DNA of 64,000 bases from Patescibacteria group bacterium (GCA_029260935.1 JAJDCJ010000008.1:3905-67904), one strand, 5' to 3'. Positions 46,988 through 57,024 are shown, counted from the first letter of the stretch. Program-made: numbers and translations. Notes: a model not told the origin generated them from the letters alone.

Positions 46988-47284
46988 ATGGTAGTTAGAA
47001 TGCGCCACACGCGATCGCATACAAAAAATCGCCGAAGTCACCACGCTTTGGATGGTGAGCGCGTGTCAGTATCAAAAGATAGTAATACTGTGCATCCTCG
47101 CCACAAGGCACTCCTTGACGGCACCCCGTACCGCGGCCGCTCGGTTATGGACAAAACAGCGCGCACCAAAAAAGGACATGTAGAGAAAACCGAAGCCAAG
47201 GCAGATGCAAAAGTCATAAAAAAAACAAAAGACGACGTGAAGGCGGAAAAAGACACAACTATAGACGAGCAAAAGAAAACATAG
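46988..47284 (+). CDS. rpmF: 50S ribosomal protein L32 with a Lys-rich C-terminal extension
   Basis: 'RHTRSHTKNRRSHHALDGERVSVSKDSNTVHPRHKALLDGTPYRGRSV' fits the L32 pattern. Confidence 0.7.
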   Translation: MVVRMRHTRSHTKNRRSHHALDGERVSVSKDSNTVHPRHKALLDGTPYRGRSVMDKTARTKKGHVEKTEAKADAKVIKKTKDDVKAEKDTTIDEQKKT

Positions 47285-47498
47285 CATGAGCGAGAAGCCC
47301 CCAAAGAAAGAATGGAATGTGGGGCACGCGGTTCTGGCAATTGTTTTTTATCTCTGTTTGGCAGCCACCCTTCTTTTCGGTAAAAACGACAAAACAAAAG
47401 AAAGTTAAAACACTCAGCCGAAGGGTCGGGTGTTTTTTTCTGTGGACTGCGAGGTGGCTCCCTTTATTCTTCGCGGTATACTAGGCACAGTTCTTTAT

Positions 47499-48377
47499 AT
47501 GGCATCACGACATCTTTCACGTATGAGTGCGCTTCAAGCGCTTTTCGCAGCCGATGTGTTTGGCGACCTATCGCTCAAGCACACGCTTTTAATGCTAGAG
47601 AACAACAGCTCGTCTCTTGAAAAACAAGATGAAGACACCTCATTTACCGTAGTACTCCTTAAGGGAATTATTGCAAAACGTGACGAGTTGGATGCTGTTA
47701 TAAAAAAAGCCGCACCTCAATGGCCACTTGAAAAGATCGCCACCATTGATAGAAACATTCTCCGCATCGGACTCTACGAGCTTTTATTCGGGGGCGAACT
47801 AGCAGTACCTCCAAAAGTTGCACTCAATGAATCAATTGAACTTGCCAAATCTTTCGGTGGCGACTCCAGCTCGCGTTTTGTAAACGGTGTGTTGGGTGGC
47901 GTGTATCGCGACCTCGGAAGTCCACGAAAAGACGAAGCACCCAAAAAAGAAGAAAAAGAATACTTAGCGGGAATTATGGTGTGTGCCTCTTACGGGGGCG
48001 AGCTTTATGTTGCTCTCGTTAAAGATCCATTTGATACATGGACACTCCCGAAAACTCACTATACGGAAGGTGAATTGTCAGACACAGCCGCCATGCGTGT
48101 CGCACGCGAGGAATTGGGGCTTGAAGATGTAGTACTCCAGGCGCCATTGTCAGAGCATGAATATGATGCCCATGAACCAAAAGCTGGAGTAGTAAGAAAA
48201 AAAGTCGGCTACTTCCTTGCATGCTCAAAAAAGACCCCACTCTCCAAACAAAAAGGGAAACATGTGCTTGATGCACAGTGGTTTAACGTTGATGCGTTGG
48301 ATGAAATTACCATGTATGACGACTTGCGCAATAGCGTGCAATCAGGTATTCTCGTGGCACAAAGTACGTGTATATGA
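47499..48377 (+). CDS. nusB: NusB-NUDIX fusion protein: an antitermination factor NusB domain plus a C-terminal NUDIX hydrolase domain. The track ORF starts at 47430; the ATG at 47499 gives MASRHLSRMSALQALF.
   Basis: NusB 'RNILRIGLYELLFG...PKVALNESIELAKSFGGDSSSRFVNGVLGGVYRD'. Nudix box 'GELSDTAAMRVAREELGLE'. Confidence 0.7.
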   Translation: MASRHLSRMSALQALFAADVFGDLSLKHTLLMLENNSSSLEKQDEDTSFTVVLLKGIIAKRDELDAVIKKAAPQWPLEKIATIDRNILRIGLYELLFGGELAVPPKVALNESIELAKSFGGDSSSRFVNGVLGGVYRDLGSPRKDEAPKKEEKEYLAGIMVCASYGGELYVALVKDPFDTWTLPKTHYTEGELSDTAAMRVAREELGLEDVVLQAPLSEHEYDAHEPKAGVVRKKVGYFLACSKKTPLSKQKGKHVLDAQWFNVDALDEITMYDDLRNSVQSGILVAQSTCI

Positions 48378-49072
48378 CCCATGATAAAAAACCAGCATTC
48401 AGGGCTTTTTTAAAGCGAGCAGGGATTTCGTTTACTGACGAGACCCTTTTGAAGACAGCGTTTACCCACCGCTCATACCTGAACGAATCACACATTGAAG
48501 GTGAGCATAACGAGCGTCTTGAATTCTTGGGGGATGCGGTGCTAGAGCTTGTGGTAACTGATTACTTATTTAGAACATACCCAGACATTCCGGAGGGACA
48601 GTTGACTGCATATCGCGCGGCCCTCGTTAACTCAACAATGCTCGGGGATATTGCAGAAGAGCTTGGTATGAACGAATGTCTTTTTCTCTCAAAAGGTGAA
48701 GCAAAAGACACGGGGCGCGCGCGCTCGTCAATTTTGGCCGATACATTTGAAGCAGTCGTCGGTGCGCTGTACATGGATCAAGGGTACGAAGCATCCGATA
48801 GGTTTATTACACAGTATGTTTTGTCCCGCACAGAGAACATGATTGAAAGTGGTGCGTGGAGGGATGCAAAAAGTGCATTTCAAGAATATGCACAAGCAAC
48901 ACATGGTTTCACCCCACGATATGAAGTAGTGCGTGCCGAAGGACCCGACCACGACAAGCATTTTGTAGTTTCAGTGTTGGTGGGCGAGGAAGTAATGGGC
49001 GAAGGTGAGGGAAGCTCAAAACAACACGCAGAGCAAAACGCCGCCGAAATCGCCCTCGCCGCCAAAAAATAA
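48368..49072 (+). CDS. rnc: Ribonuclease III
   Basis: 'HRSYLNESHIEGEHNERLEFLGDAVLELVVTDYLF' RNase III signature, with a dsRBD C-terminus. Confidence 0.9.
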   Translation: MYMTHDKKPAFRAFLKRAGISFTDETLLKTAFTHRSYLNESHIEGEHNERLEFLGDAVLELVVTDYLFRTYPDIPEGQLTAYRAALVNSTMLGDIAEELGMNECLFLSKGEAKDTGRARSSILADTFEAVVGALYMDQGYEASDRFITQYVLSRTENMIESGAWRDAKSAFQEYAQATHGFTPRYEVVRAEGPDHDKHFVVSVLVGEEVMGEGEGSSKQHAEQNAAEIALAAKK

Positions 49073-49132
49073 GCAGTCGCTGTGCGGTATCCTCCCTAAA
49101 TAGGGCTGTTTTTCTGTTACACTAAAAAGACA

Positions 49133-49399
49133 ATGCCGAATTCAGTTATTTTTAATGAAGAAGAACCGTTGGGCACACTGGTTGCACCTACACCACAAAA
49201 AGCCGGGCTGACACGCTCTATAATGCGTGCTGGTTTTGCAGGATCAATGGGGGATGCCAGTATATTACTTGCCGTGGGGGCAGCCGTCATGATAGGCATT
49301 AGTTTTTTTATTCTTGCCTCTGCCATACAGGAGCCACCACAGCTAGGAAACGACGTCCTTCGTAGTGATGAAGTAGTTCCTGACTACGTCCCACGGTAA
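49133..49399 (+). CDS. Hypothetical small membrane protein
   Basis: 88-aa ORF with TM 'ILLAVGAAVMIGISFFILASAI'. Confidence 0.35.
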   Translation: MPNSVIFNEEEPLGTLVAPTPQKAGLTRSIMRAGFAGSMGDASILLAVGAAVMIGISFFILASAIQEPPQLGNDVLRSDEVVPDYVPR

Positions 49400-49411
49400 T
49401 ATATCGTTGCT

Positions 49412-49927
49412 ATGCCTCACGTAAAAACACAGTATACAATACGCGGGTTTACACTCATTGAACTCATCGTGGTCATTGCAATTATTGGCATGCTTTCAAG
49501 TGTGGTACTCGCACTTCTTTCAAGTGCCCAAAAAGACGCAAAAGACAAACGAAGAATTTCGGACATGAAGCAATTACAGAATGCGCTTGAGTTGTACCAC
49601 GTTGACCGCAGAGAGTATCCAAAAGAATCAGAAGGTGCAAATGGCAACATTACAACGAATGCAACGTTTAAAGCACTCCTCAAACCCTACCTTCGCGGAA
49701 CCCCAACCGACCCAATAGACAGTGGTGCATTTTCCTATTATTACGACGGTGCGCACCTGTGTGGTGGAAAGTTGTACGTGGTTATTTTCGCACGCCAAAT
49801 GGAAGACCCAAGTAATGCCAACTACGATCAGTTTCTTAACAGTACGTGCCTCGGTGCAGTAGACGGTGAAGGGCGTGGTGGCGGAGTGGAGTCGTATAAT
49901 ATTCGGGTGGGCCCGAGTAGTGGATAG
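49412..49927 (+). CDS. Type IV pilin / pseudopilin (prepilin-type N-terminal cleavage/methylation domain)
   Basis: 'RGFTLIELIVVIAIIGMLSSVVLALL' class III signal peptide. Confidence 0.8.
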   Translation: MPHVKTQYTIRGFTLIELIVVIAIIGMLSSVVLALLSSAQKDAKDKRRISDMKQLQNALELYHVDRREYPKESEGANGNITTNATFKALLKPYLRGTPTDPIDSGAFSYYYDGAHLCGGKLYVVIFARQMEDPSNANYDQFLNSTCLGAVDGEGRGGGVESYNIRVGPSSG

Positions 49928-49957
49928 TCAATTTTCGTATCGTACAATACAAGCACT

Positions 49958-52129
49958 ATGCATCTTAGTAAATTAGAAGTTTCTGGGTTCAAATCATTTG
50001 CCAAAAAAACGGCATTTTATTTTGGAGCGCCGGTGGTCGGTATTGTGGGTCCGAACGGGTCGGGAAAATCAAACGTAGCAGAGGCAATTCGGTTTGTTTT
50101 GGGTGAGCAGTCAATGAAATCAATGCGTGGCAAACGTGGTGAGGACCTCATCTGGAACGGATCAAACACTGTGCCACGCGCAAACAGAGCGAGCGCTATA
50201 CTGACCTTTAACAACACATCACGTTTTTTAGATGTTGATTTTGATGAGGTAAGTATAGAACGTGTCGTTAATCGCGATGGCACGAATGAGTACCGCCTCA
50301 ATGGGAGCATAGTGCGCCTTAAAGATATTGTGGCGCTTCTTGCAGGCGCCAACATTGGTCAAACCGGACACCATATTATCTCCCAAGGTGAAGCTGATAA
50401 AATCCTATCGGCATCTCCTCGGGAGCGCCGTGAAATGCTAGAAGATGCACTAGGGCTTAAAGTATTTCAATACAAAAAAGATGAAAGCGTACGTAAGCTT
50501 GAAAAGACAGAAGAGAACATGCGCCACGTTGAGGCGTTGAGAAAAGAAGTACAACCACATCTACGTTTTTTAAAACGACAAGTAGATAAGATACAAAAAA
50601 CAGAAACACTGCGGAATGAAGCACAATCTCGTTTTCAAACGTATTTTCAAAAAGAAGATGCCTATATTCGCCACACAAAAGAAACGCTGACACGTAAAAA
50701 AGAAACCCTTGACGCTCAGATACAGGAAGTGAGTGTGAGTATCAAAGATGCACGGGCAACACTGTCGCAGTCAAGTAATTCGTCTGATACTGAGCGTATC
50801 GTCTCTTTGTCCGAGAATGTAGAGCAGGTGCGTGAGCAAAGAAGGGTAGCACTTCAGGAAGGTGCACGCATTGAAGGACAGTTGGAGGCGCTTGAACATA
50901 TAGCTCCGGAGGAAACACTCCCGCGTGCAGAGTTAGAGCGCTTTCTTCAAGAACAGGAACGTGCGTTTGGTGAAAACCACACCTCACTTGAAAGTGCAGT
51001 GCAATTTACCAAAACACTCTTTACTTCATTGAGGCAACTCCTGCGTGGACCCAGTGCCGACACCTCAAAAATAAACGAGCTTAAAAAACTCAAACAAGAA
51101 AAAGACGAAAAGGAAAAACAGTTGGCACTTAAAGAGCGTGAGCACACTGAACAACTAGATGCCATTAGAGGAGAGTTGGAGGAGAGTAGGACCACTGAGC
51201 GTGAAAAAGAGCGCGCACTGTTTGGACTCACCGCCAAAGAGCGCGAACTGAGGCATGCGCTTGATTTAATTCAAACTCACGTGCGTACTCTTCTTCTTGA
51301 GGAAGAAGAGTATACACGCGAACTTAGTGAGGTTGGCACACTTATCGGACACGCGGCAATTTCTTTTGGGAAAAGCGAATACACAGAAACACCACGCGAC
51401 GGTCAACGCTCAGAAAAAAACGACCTCCAGAAAATTAAAATACGTTTAGAGGAAGCAGGTGCTTCAGGAGGGGCTGAGGTGCTCACGGAATATAAAGAGG
51501 TGAGTGAAAGAGAGACATTTCTTGAAAAAGAAATACACGACCTCACTCTTTCCTCGGAGAGTCTACGCTCACTCACGGCCGACCTTGATTCGGAATTAAG
51601 CTCGCGTTTTAAAGTAGGTATGCTCTCAATCAATAAAGCATTTTCAGAGTTCTTTTCAATTATGTTTGACGGTGGCTCCGCTTCCTTGGTGTTTGTAAAA
51701 GAGCCACCACGCAGAATAAGAAACGTACTGGACGAAGATGACAACGGTGTGCCGGACGATAGGGAGCGTATGGTTGAGGGCATTGACGTGTCACTTTCAA
51801 TACCACGCAAGCGCATCAAAAGTTTAGTGATGCTCTCAGGAGGGGAACGCGCACTTACGTCAATTGCGCTTATTTTTGCAATGAGCTCAGTAAACCCGCC
51901 GCCATTTCTCGTGCTTGATGAAACTGATGCCGCACTTGACGAGGCAAACAGTAGGCGCTACGGCGATATGATTAAGTCACTTTCTGAAAAATCACAACTT
52001 GTATTGATTACACATAACCGCGAAACTATGAGTCGCGCACACATTCTCTATGGCGTCACCATGGGGGGCGATGGAGTATCCAAAACACTTTCAATAAAAC
52101 TTGAAGACGCAGTCCAAGTAGCCAAGTAA
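49958..52129 (+). CDS. smc: SMC-family chromosome segregation ATPase (short, 723 aa)
   Basis: Walker A 'GPNGSGKSNVAEAIRFVLGEQS', long coiled coils, signature 'LSGGERALTSIALIFAM', Walker B 'FLVLDETDAALD'. Confidence 0.8.
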   Translation: MHLSKLEVSGFKSFAKKTAFYFGAPVVGIVGPNGSGKSNVAEAIRFVLGEQSMKSMRGKRGEDLIWNGSNTVPRANRASAILTFNNTSRFLDVDFDEVSIERVVNRDGTNEYRLNGSIVRLKDIVALLAGANIGQTGHHIISQGEADKILSASPRERREMLEDALGLKVFQYKKDESVRKLEKTEENMRHVEALRKEVQPHLRFLKRQVDKIQKTETLRNEAQSRFQTYFQKEDAYIRHTKETLTRKKETLDAQIQEVSVSIKDARATLSQSSNSSDTERIVSLSENVEQVREQRRVALQEGARIEGQLEALEHIAPEETLPRAELERFLQEQERAFGENHTSLESAVQFTKTLFTSLRQLLRGPSADTSKINELKKLKQEKDEKEKQLALKEREHTEQLDAIRGELEESRTTEREKERALFGLTAKERELRHALDLIQTHVRTLLLEEEEYTRELSEVGTLIGHAAISFGKSEYTETPRDGQRSEKNDLQKIKIRLEEAGASGGAEVLTEYKEVSERETFLEKEIHDLTLSSESLRSLTADLDSELSSRFKVGMLSINKAFSEFFSIMFDGGSASLVFVKEPPRRIRNVLDEDDNGVPDDRERMVEGIDVSLSIPRKRIKSLVMLSGGERALTSIALIFAMSSVNPPPFLVLDETDAALDEANSRRYGDMIKSLSEKSQLVLITHNRETMSRAHILYGVTMGGDGVSKTLSIKLEDAVQVAK

Positions 52130-52170
52130 GGCATGAGGGAATAAGGTGCCCGGTACTAAGGAATAAGGTG

Positions 52171-52310
52171 CGAGGCGCTAGGTGACAGAAAAATTAGGAC
52201 ATCCGATGTCCTAATATGACAAGGCGAGGCGCTAGGTAACAGGTGACACACATAAGAAAAATTAGGACATCCGATGTCCTAATATACCAGAGGCCCGGGC
52301 CTCTGGTATA
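52171..52310. repeat. Intergenic repeat block: a two-unit tandem repeat (gcgaggcgctaggtRacag...aaaaATTAGGACATCcGATGTCCTAATat), each unit with a 23-nt palindrome, followed by a 28-nt perfect palindrome TATACCAGAGGCCCGGGCCTCTGGTATA
   Basis: Palindromes at 52193-52215, 52261-52283 and 52283-52310. Direct repeats at about 52171-52190 and 52223-52243. Confidence 0.75.
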
Positions 52311-52377
52311 TTGCTATTAAAACTAAACCCTCAACTCTAAAACAAACCTCAAAAAAAGAGTCTGTATAATAGGGTGT

Positions 52378-53670
52378 ATGAACGACGAAAACAAGCATCC
52401 ATTTAAAGAGTTTCTTGCATACGTGGCACGCGCCCAAGCACTATTAGGTCTTTCAGACGCCGATGTAGGCTCCCTGCTTGAAGCAAATGCCATCATTAGA
52501 AAAGACCTTTCTGTGTCGCGTGGCGGTAAGCCGACAAAACTGCCGGCATACCGTATTCAATTTTCAAATGCTCGTGGCCCCTACAAAGGCGGTATTCGTT
52601 TTCATCCGGACGTTGATGAAGAGGAAATAAAGGCGCTTGCCGCAATGATGGCAGTGAAAAGCGCTGTAATTAAGATTCCATTCGGTGGGGCAAAGGGTGG
52701 GGTCCAGTTTAATCCCAAGGACTATTCAAAAGATGAAGTGCATATGGTGGCACGCGAGTTTGTGCAGGCGTTTTATGAGTACATGGGTCCTAACAAAGAC
52801 ATACCTGCTCCTGACATTTCAACTGACGCAAAAATTATGGGAGTTATGGTGGATGCATATGAAGGTGTGGCGCAGGAAAGCGCTCCAGCTTCTTTTACCG
52901 GTAAGCCAATTTCGCTTGGCGGTATTGATGGGCGTGATACTGCAACGGCGCTTGGTGGCATTATGGTGTTGGAATCCTATGTGAAAGAGGTCGGTTTAAA
53001 ATCAGAGAACCTAAGAGTTGCAATTCATGGTTTTGGTAATGTAGGCGCCCACGCCGCGGTTTTGTTGCACGACCGCGGCTACCTCGTGGTGGGGCTTGCC
53101 GACACAAAGGGCTCGGTTATGGCAAGCCATGGACACAGCCTTGATCCAAATGAGTTTGTGCGTGTCAAAAAAGAAACCGGCTCTATCGGAAAAATGTATT
53201 GCACTGAAAAGGGGTGTGATGAGAAAAAAATGCACGAAGACCATGTGACAGTGGGAGAATCAACTGATGTACTCACCATGCGGGCTGACATTATAGTGCC
53301 GGCAGCTGTCGGAGGCGTTATCACCACATCAGTTGCCAAGAAAATGAAAGCAAAAATTGTTCTTGAACTGGCAAACGGCCCTACCGTGGCCTCGGCTGAT
53401 GAAATTCTTGAAAGTAACAACGTAACGGTTATTCCTGATGTTTTGGCAAACGCTGGCGGAGTGTCGGTGTCATACTTTGAATGGCTCTCAGGAAGAACAG
53501 GGGAGCAGTTTACCCGTGCTATGGTAGCTGACCGTCTTTCCACATTGATGGAGTCAGCGTGGAAAGACATCTCTCGTTTTTCAATGCAGAAAAAGGTATC
53601 TTTACGTACCGCTGCCTACGCACTTGGTATGGAGCGTATTTTACAAGCGGAACGTGACCGTGGGCGTTAA
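52378..53670 (+). CDS. gdhA: Glu/Leu/Phe/Val-family (glutamate) dehydrogenase
   Basis: 'GPYKGGIRFHPDVDEEEIKALAAMMAVKSAVIKIPFGGAKGG' and the Rossmann motif 'AIHGFGNVGAHAA'. Confidence 0.9.
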   Translation: MNDENKHPFKEFLAYVARAQALLGLSDADVGSLLEANAIIRKDLSVSRGGKPTKLPAYRIQFSNARGPYKGGIRFHPDVDEEEIKALAAMMAVKSAVIKIPFGGAKGGVQFNPKDYSKDEVHMVAREFVQAFYEYMGPNKDIPAPDISTDAKIMGVMVDAYEGVAQESAPASFTGKPISLGGIDGRDTATALGGIMVLESYVKEVGLKSENLRVAIHGFGNVGAHAAVLLHDRGYLVVGLADTKGSVMASHGHSLDPNEFVRVKKETGSIGKMYCTEKGCDEKKMHEDHVTVGESTDVLTMRADIIVPAAVGGVITTSVAKKMKAKIVLELANGPTVASADEILESNNVTVIPDVLANAGGVSVSYFEWLSGRTGEQFTRAMVADRLSTLMESAWKDISRFSMQKKVSLRTAAYALGMERILQAERDRGR

Positions 53671-53794
53671 AATACCCCCCCTCGTAGAGGGGTTTCTAGA
53701 TATATGTTGCTAATCCCCATACTGTCTACACCAGACGTTGATGTTGTGTTTAAAGGGGTACACTAAAAGTGGTTACTAATAATTAATAGATTAT

Positions 53795-54181
53795 ATGGAT
53801 ATTTCATTGTTCCTCGCTCAAGCATTCGGAATATATTTCGTCGTGATGGGTCTCGTCATGTTCAGACGCAATACCATTAGTATGATAATTTCTTCTTTCG
53901 CCGAAAATCGTGCACTGAAGTTTTTCGCAGGTGTTTTTATACTCATACTTGGTATTATTCTCGTGCTTGTGCATAACATCTGGGAAGGACCAGCGTGGCA
54001 GGTGGTTATCACAGTGTTTGCATGGCTTACGTTCATTAAAGGTATTTTCTATCTTCTTGTGCCACAAAATATCTACATGGGGTTGGTTCGCGCACTCAAC
54101 AAATCAAATGTATTCCTTGTAGGAGGTATTGTTGCTGTAGTAATAGGAGTATGGCTTGCCTCAATCGGCTTTGGCTACTAG
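53795..54181 (+). CDS. Small multi-pass membrane protein, paralog of 20362-20751
   Basis: 128 aa. Alignable over its whole length with the 20362 ORF. Confidence 0.6.
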   Translation: MDISLFLAQAFGIYFVVMGLVMFRRNTISMIISSFAENRALKFFAGVFILILGIILVLVHNIWEGPAWQVVITVFAWLTFIKGIFYLLVPQNIYMGLVRALNKSNVFLVGGIVAVVIGVWLASIGFGY

Positions 54182-54210
54182 TTCCGTTTCCCTCAACATG
54201 TTTCTGAAAA

Positions 54211-54242
54211 CACCGGCGCGTCTAAAGAGCGCCGGTGTTTTC
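54211..54242 (+). terminator. Rho-independent terminator (ACACCGGCGC-gtctaaaga-GCGCCGGTGT + TTTT)
   Basis: 10-bp GC-rich stem with a T-run, 30 nt after the stop. Confidence 0.7.
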
Positions 54243-54331
54243 TATCCTTTCTCCAAAATGTTTTCTATTCTTTTCTTCTCACAAAACTGCCAACTCTAAA
54301 AACTATCAAGAGCAGTCTTGTGAATGTGAAA

Positions 54332-54380
54332 GAAACCCCTCCCATTACGGAAGTCTGACTTCCGTAATGGGAGGGGTTTC
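54332..54380. repeat. REP2 palindromic element with extended arms (gaaacccctccc-ATTACGGAAGTCtGACTTCCGTAAT-gggaggggtttc)
   Basis: Perfect 49-nt palindrome between convergent genes. Confidence 0.8.
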
Positions 54381-54555
54381 TCAGCGTTTTATTTCACTGT
54401 GATTTCCACAGTTTTTTCGCTAGGAGTGTCACGCCTTCTCTTTCTTTGTAGCAAAACTTGATATATCAAGTTTTGCTTTAATGTTATTTACTGGAGGCAC
54501 TGGTCGTGAATAAACAAGGTTAAGTTAGAGTAAAAAACATCTATACAAGTAGTTT

Positions 54556-56478
54556 TTATTTAATAAGTCGAAAATCAATAGTTCGCTCGTCTAGATTCAC
54601 TTTCTCAACGGTAAAAGACACGGGGTCGCCAAGACGAATAGTCGCGCCAGTGCGACTACCCACTGCCGCAAACTTTTTTCTATCGTGTACGTATGTGTCG
54701 TCAGTTAAGGTTGCAAGGCGCACCATGCCGTCAGCGTCGCTTTCTGTGTCTCGGATAAAAATACCCCAATCGGTAATGCCGGACACCACACCTTCTCGTT
54801 TCTCTCCGATGTGTTTTGCAAAATACTCAACTTGTTTGAACTTAACGCTAGCGCGCTCCGCCTCAACCGCAAGTGCTTCGCGTGCGCTTGCGTGGAGCGA
54901 GCGCTGTTCCTGTTCCTCAGGCGTTACTTCAAGTTCCTCTCCAAGCAAAAGTTTGCATATGGTGCGGTGCACAATTAAATCCGGGTAGCGTCGTATTGGG
55001 GACGTGAAGTGGGTATAGAAGGGAAACGCCAGCCCGAAATGCCCGATATTTTTTGTCGTGTAAATGGCCTTTGCCATAGTGCGAATAGTTGCCGTACGAA
55101 TCAGGTTCTCCTCAGGGGTGTCTTTTATGGTGTCAAACAACTCGTTTAAATCCTTCACCGAAACACCTTGTTTATTAAGCGAGAGCGAATGGCCAATAGC
55201 GCGCAAAAACGAAATAAGCTCGTCCAAACGCTCTTCTTTTGGTTTATCGTGGACACGGTATACAAACAGCTGACTTTTTTTGCCCAGTTTTTGCGAGCCA
55301 TAGGTGGCAACTTCTCGGTTTGCCAAAAGCATCAACTCCTCAATCAATTGATGGCTCTCCGTATGTATAATTTTTTCAAATCCAACCACCTGCTTGTGTG
55401 CATCAAGAGTTGGACGTATCTCGTCAACGTCAAACATAATAGCGCCGTTCTTTTTTCTCCCCGTGCGTAAGGTAGATGCCAGTTTCCACAAAAACGATAA
55501 TTCGTCATTAAACTGTTCCTTAGGATCTTTGAGTATACGGTCAGCATCCTCGTAGGTGAGGCGTTTGTCTGAGTTAATGACTCCACGTGTAAAGCGTCTA
55601 TCCGCCACTTCGTTTTTCTCGTTTATAGTAAATACCGCAGAAAAGGTAAGGCGGTCTTCATTTGGGCGCAAACTACAGAGGTCTTCTGAAAGTTGCGGTG
55701 GCAACATAGGAATAGTGCGGTCAACCAAGTACACGCTTGTTGCCCGCTTATACGCCTCGTCGTCAAGTGCGGTGTTAGGACGCACAAAAAAAGAAACATC
55801 TGCAATATGTACACCAACTTCATATGTACCCTCCTCAGTTTTTTTCAAAGAAATAGCGTCATCAAAATCCTTTGCGTCCTTCGGGTCAATAGTCAGCGTG
55901 AGTGTGTCTCTGAAATCTTCCCGGCTTTTCAAGTCTTCATTAGTCCACCTACTCTCATACAAAGACTGTGCTTCATCAATAACTACTTTAGGGAAGTCGC
56001 TGTCAAACCCACGAGCAACCACAATTGCCTTCATTTCAGTTTCATGCTTGCCGGCCACGCCCAGCACACTATCAACTTCCACAGTCTCTTTCAAATGCTC
56101 CCACGAAGTTACTTTGGCGACCACCTTATCGCCCACTACGCCTCCTAAGGCCCCTTCAACACGGAAGTCAAAATACACACGCGTATCATCAGGTTTAAGG
56201 TAGGTGCCGTCTCTTTTTTTCACCAACTCACCTACAAATTGTTCCGTTTTTCGCTCAAGGACCTTAACCACACGCCCCATTTTTTTGCCATATTTTCTCT
56301 CGCGTGTAATTTCAATAAGGTCGCCTGAAAGCGCTCCACCAAGCCATTCTGCAGGTATTTCAATATCGTCAGTGTTTTCCTGAAGTAAAAATCCCTTTCC
56401 ACTTTTGGTCACTGAAACAATACCCGATAGCTTACCCTGCAACACCTGATGTGATTTTTTCCTATGCCCTTTCTCCAT
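54556..56478 (-). CDS. rnr: Ribonuclease R / VacB-family 3'-5' exoribonuclease
   Basis: Cold-shock N-terminal domains, RNB domain motifs 'DFDDAIS...' and 'HFGLAFPFYTHFTSPIRRYPDLIVHR', C-terminal S1 domain. Confidence 0.9.
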   Translation of the reverse strand: MEKGHRKKSHQVLQGKLSGIVSVTKSGKGFLLQENTDDIEIPAEWLGGALSGDLIEITRERKYGKKMGRVVKVLERKTEQFVGELVKKRDGTYLKPDDTRVYFDFRVEGALGGVVGDKVVAKVTSWEHLKETVEVDSVLGVAGKHETEMKAIVVARGFDSDFPKVVIDEAQSLYESRWTNEDLKSREDFRDTLTLTIDPKDAKDFDDAISLKKTEEGTYEVGVHIADVSFFVRPNTALDDEAYKRATSVYLVDRTIPMLPPQLSEDLCSLRPNEDRLTFSAVFTINEKNEVADRRFTRGVINSDKRLTYEDADRILKDPKEQFNDELSFLWKLASTLRTGRKKNGAIMFDVDEIRPTLDAHKQVVGFEKIIHTESHQLIEELMLLANREVATYGSQKLGKKSQLFVYRVHDKPKEERLDELISFLRAIGHSLSLNKQGVSVKDLNELFDTIKDTPEENLIRTATIRTMAKAIYTTKNIGHFGLAFPFYTHFTSPIRRYPDLIVHRTICKLLLGEELEVTPEEQEQRSLHASAREALAVEAERASVKFKQVEYFAKHIGEKREGVVSGITDWGIFIRDTESDADGMVRLATLTDDTYVHDRKKFAAVGSRTGATIRLGDPVSFTVEKVNLDERTIDFRLIK

Positions 56479-56577
56479 GGGGGCACTATATCATCTATCG
56501 TCAATAAAGAGAGTTATGTCCTTGTCACAGCCCTTCTGCAATTGACCTTTCCCCCTTTGTTTGCTACAGTTTCCCAC

Positions 56578-57024
56578 ATGTTAAAGATTCGTTTCCAAAG
56601 AACCGGTCGCAAAAATGACCCTGCCTACAAGATAGTAGTTACTGAACACACCAGTGCCCCTCAGGCGGGTAAAAATGTTGCCGTAGTTGGCTCATACCAT
56701 CCTAAAACAAAACACACCGTTATTGACGCAGAGGTGGTTAAAAAGTGGCTTGGTCATGGAGCACAGGCTTCGGGAACGGTCCATAATCTCCTGGTTTCAA
56801 AGGGTATTGTTGAAGGGAAAAAAGTGAATGTTCTCTCAAAGAAAACTCCAATCGTACAAGAAGAAAAAACGGAAGAGGTAGCTGAACAAAAGGAAGAAGA
56901 AGTGCCTGTAGAAGCTCCGTCTGAAGCGGAAAAACCAGCACAAGAACCAGAACCAGTCCCTGAGGCAGACACAGCAGGAGAGTCTGCAGAAACAGAGCCC
57001 GCACCGGAAAAAACTGACGCATAA
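56578..57024 (+). CDS. rpsP: 30S ribosomal protein S16 with an acidic/Pro-rich C-terminal extension. The track ORF starts at 56464.
   Basis: 'MLKIRFQRTGRKNDPAYKIVVTEHTSAPQAGKNVAVVGSYHPK'. Confidence 0.85.
   Translation: MLKIRFQRTGRKNDPAYKIVVTEHTSAPQAGKNVAVVGSYHPKTKHTVIDAEVVKKWLGHGAQASGTVHNLLVSKGIVEGKKVNVLSKKTPIVQEEKTEEVAEQKEEEVPVEAPSEAEKPAQEPEPVPEADTAGESAETEPAPEKTDA

Noticed and set aside
52171-52310. CRISPR array
   Set aside because: Only two repeat units are present, the units are themselves palindromic REP-like elements, there are no regularly sized unique spacers, and there are no cas genes in the window.
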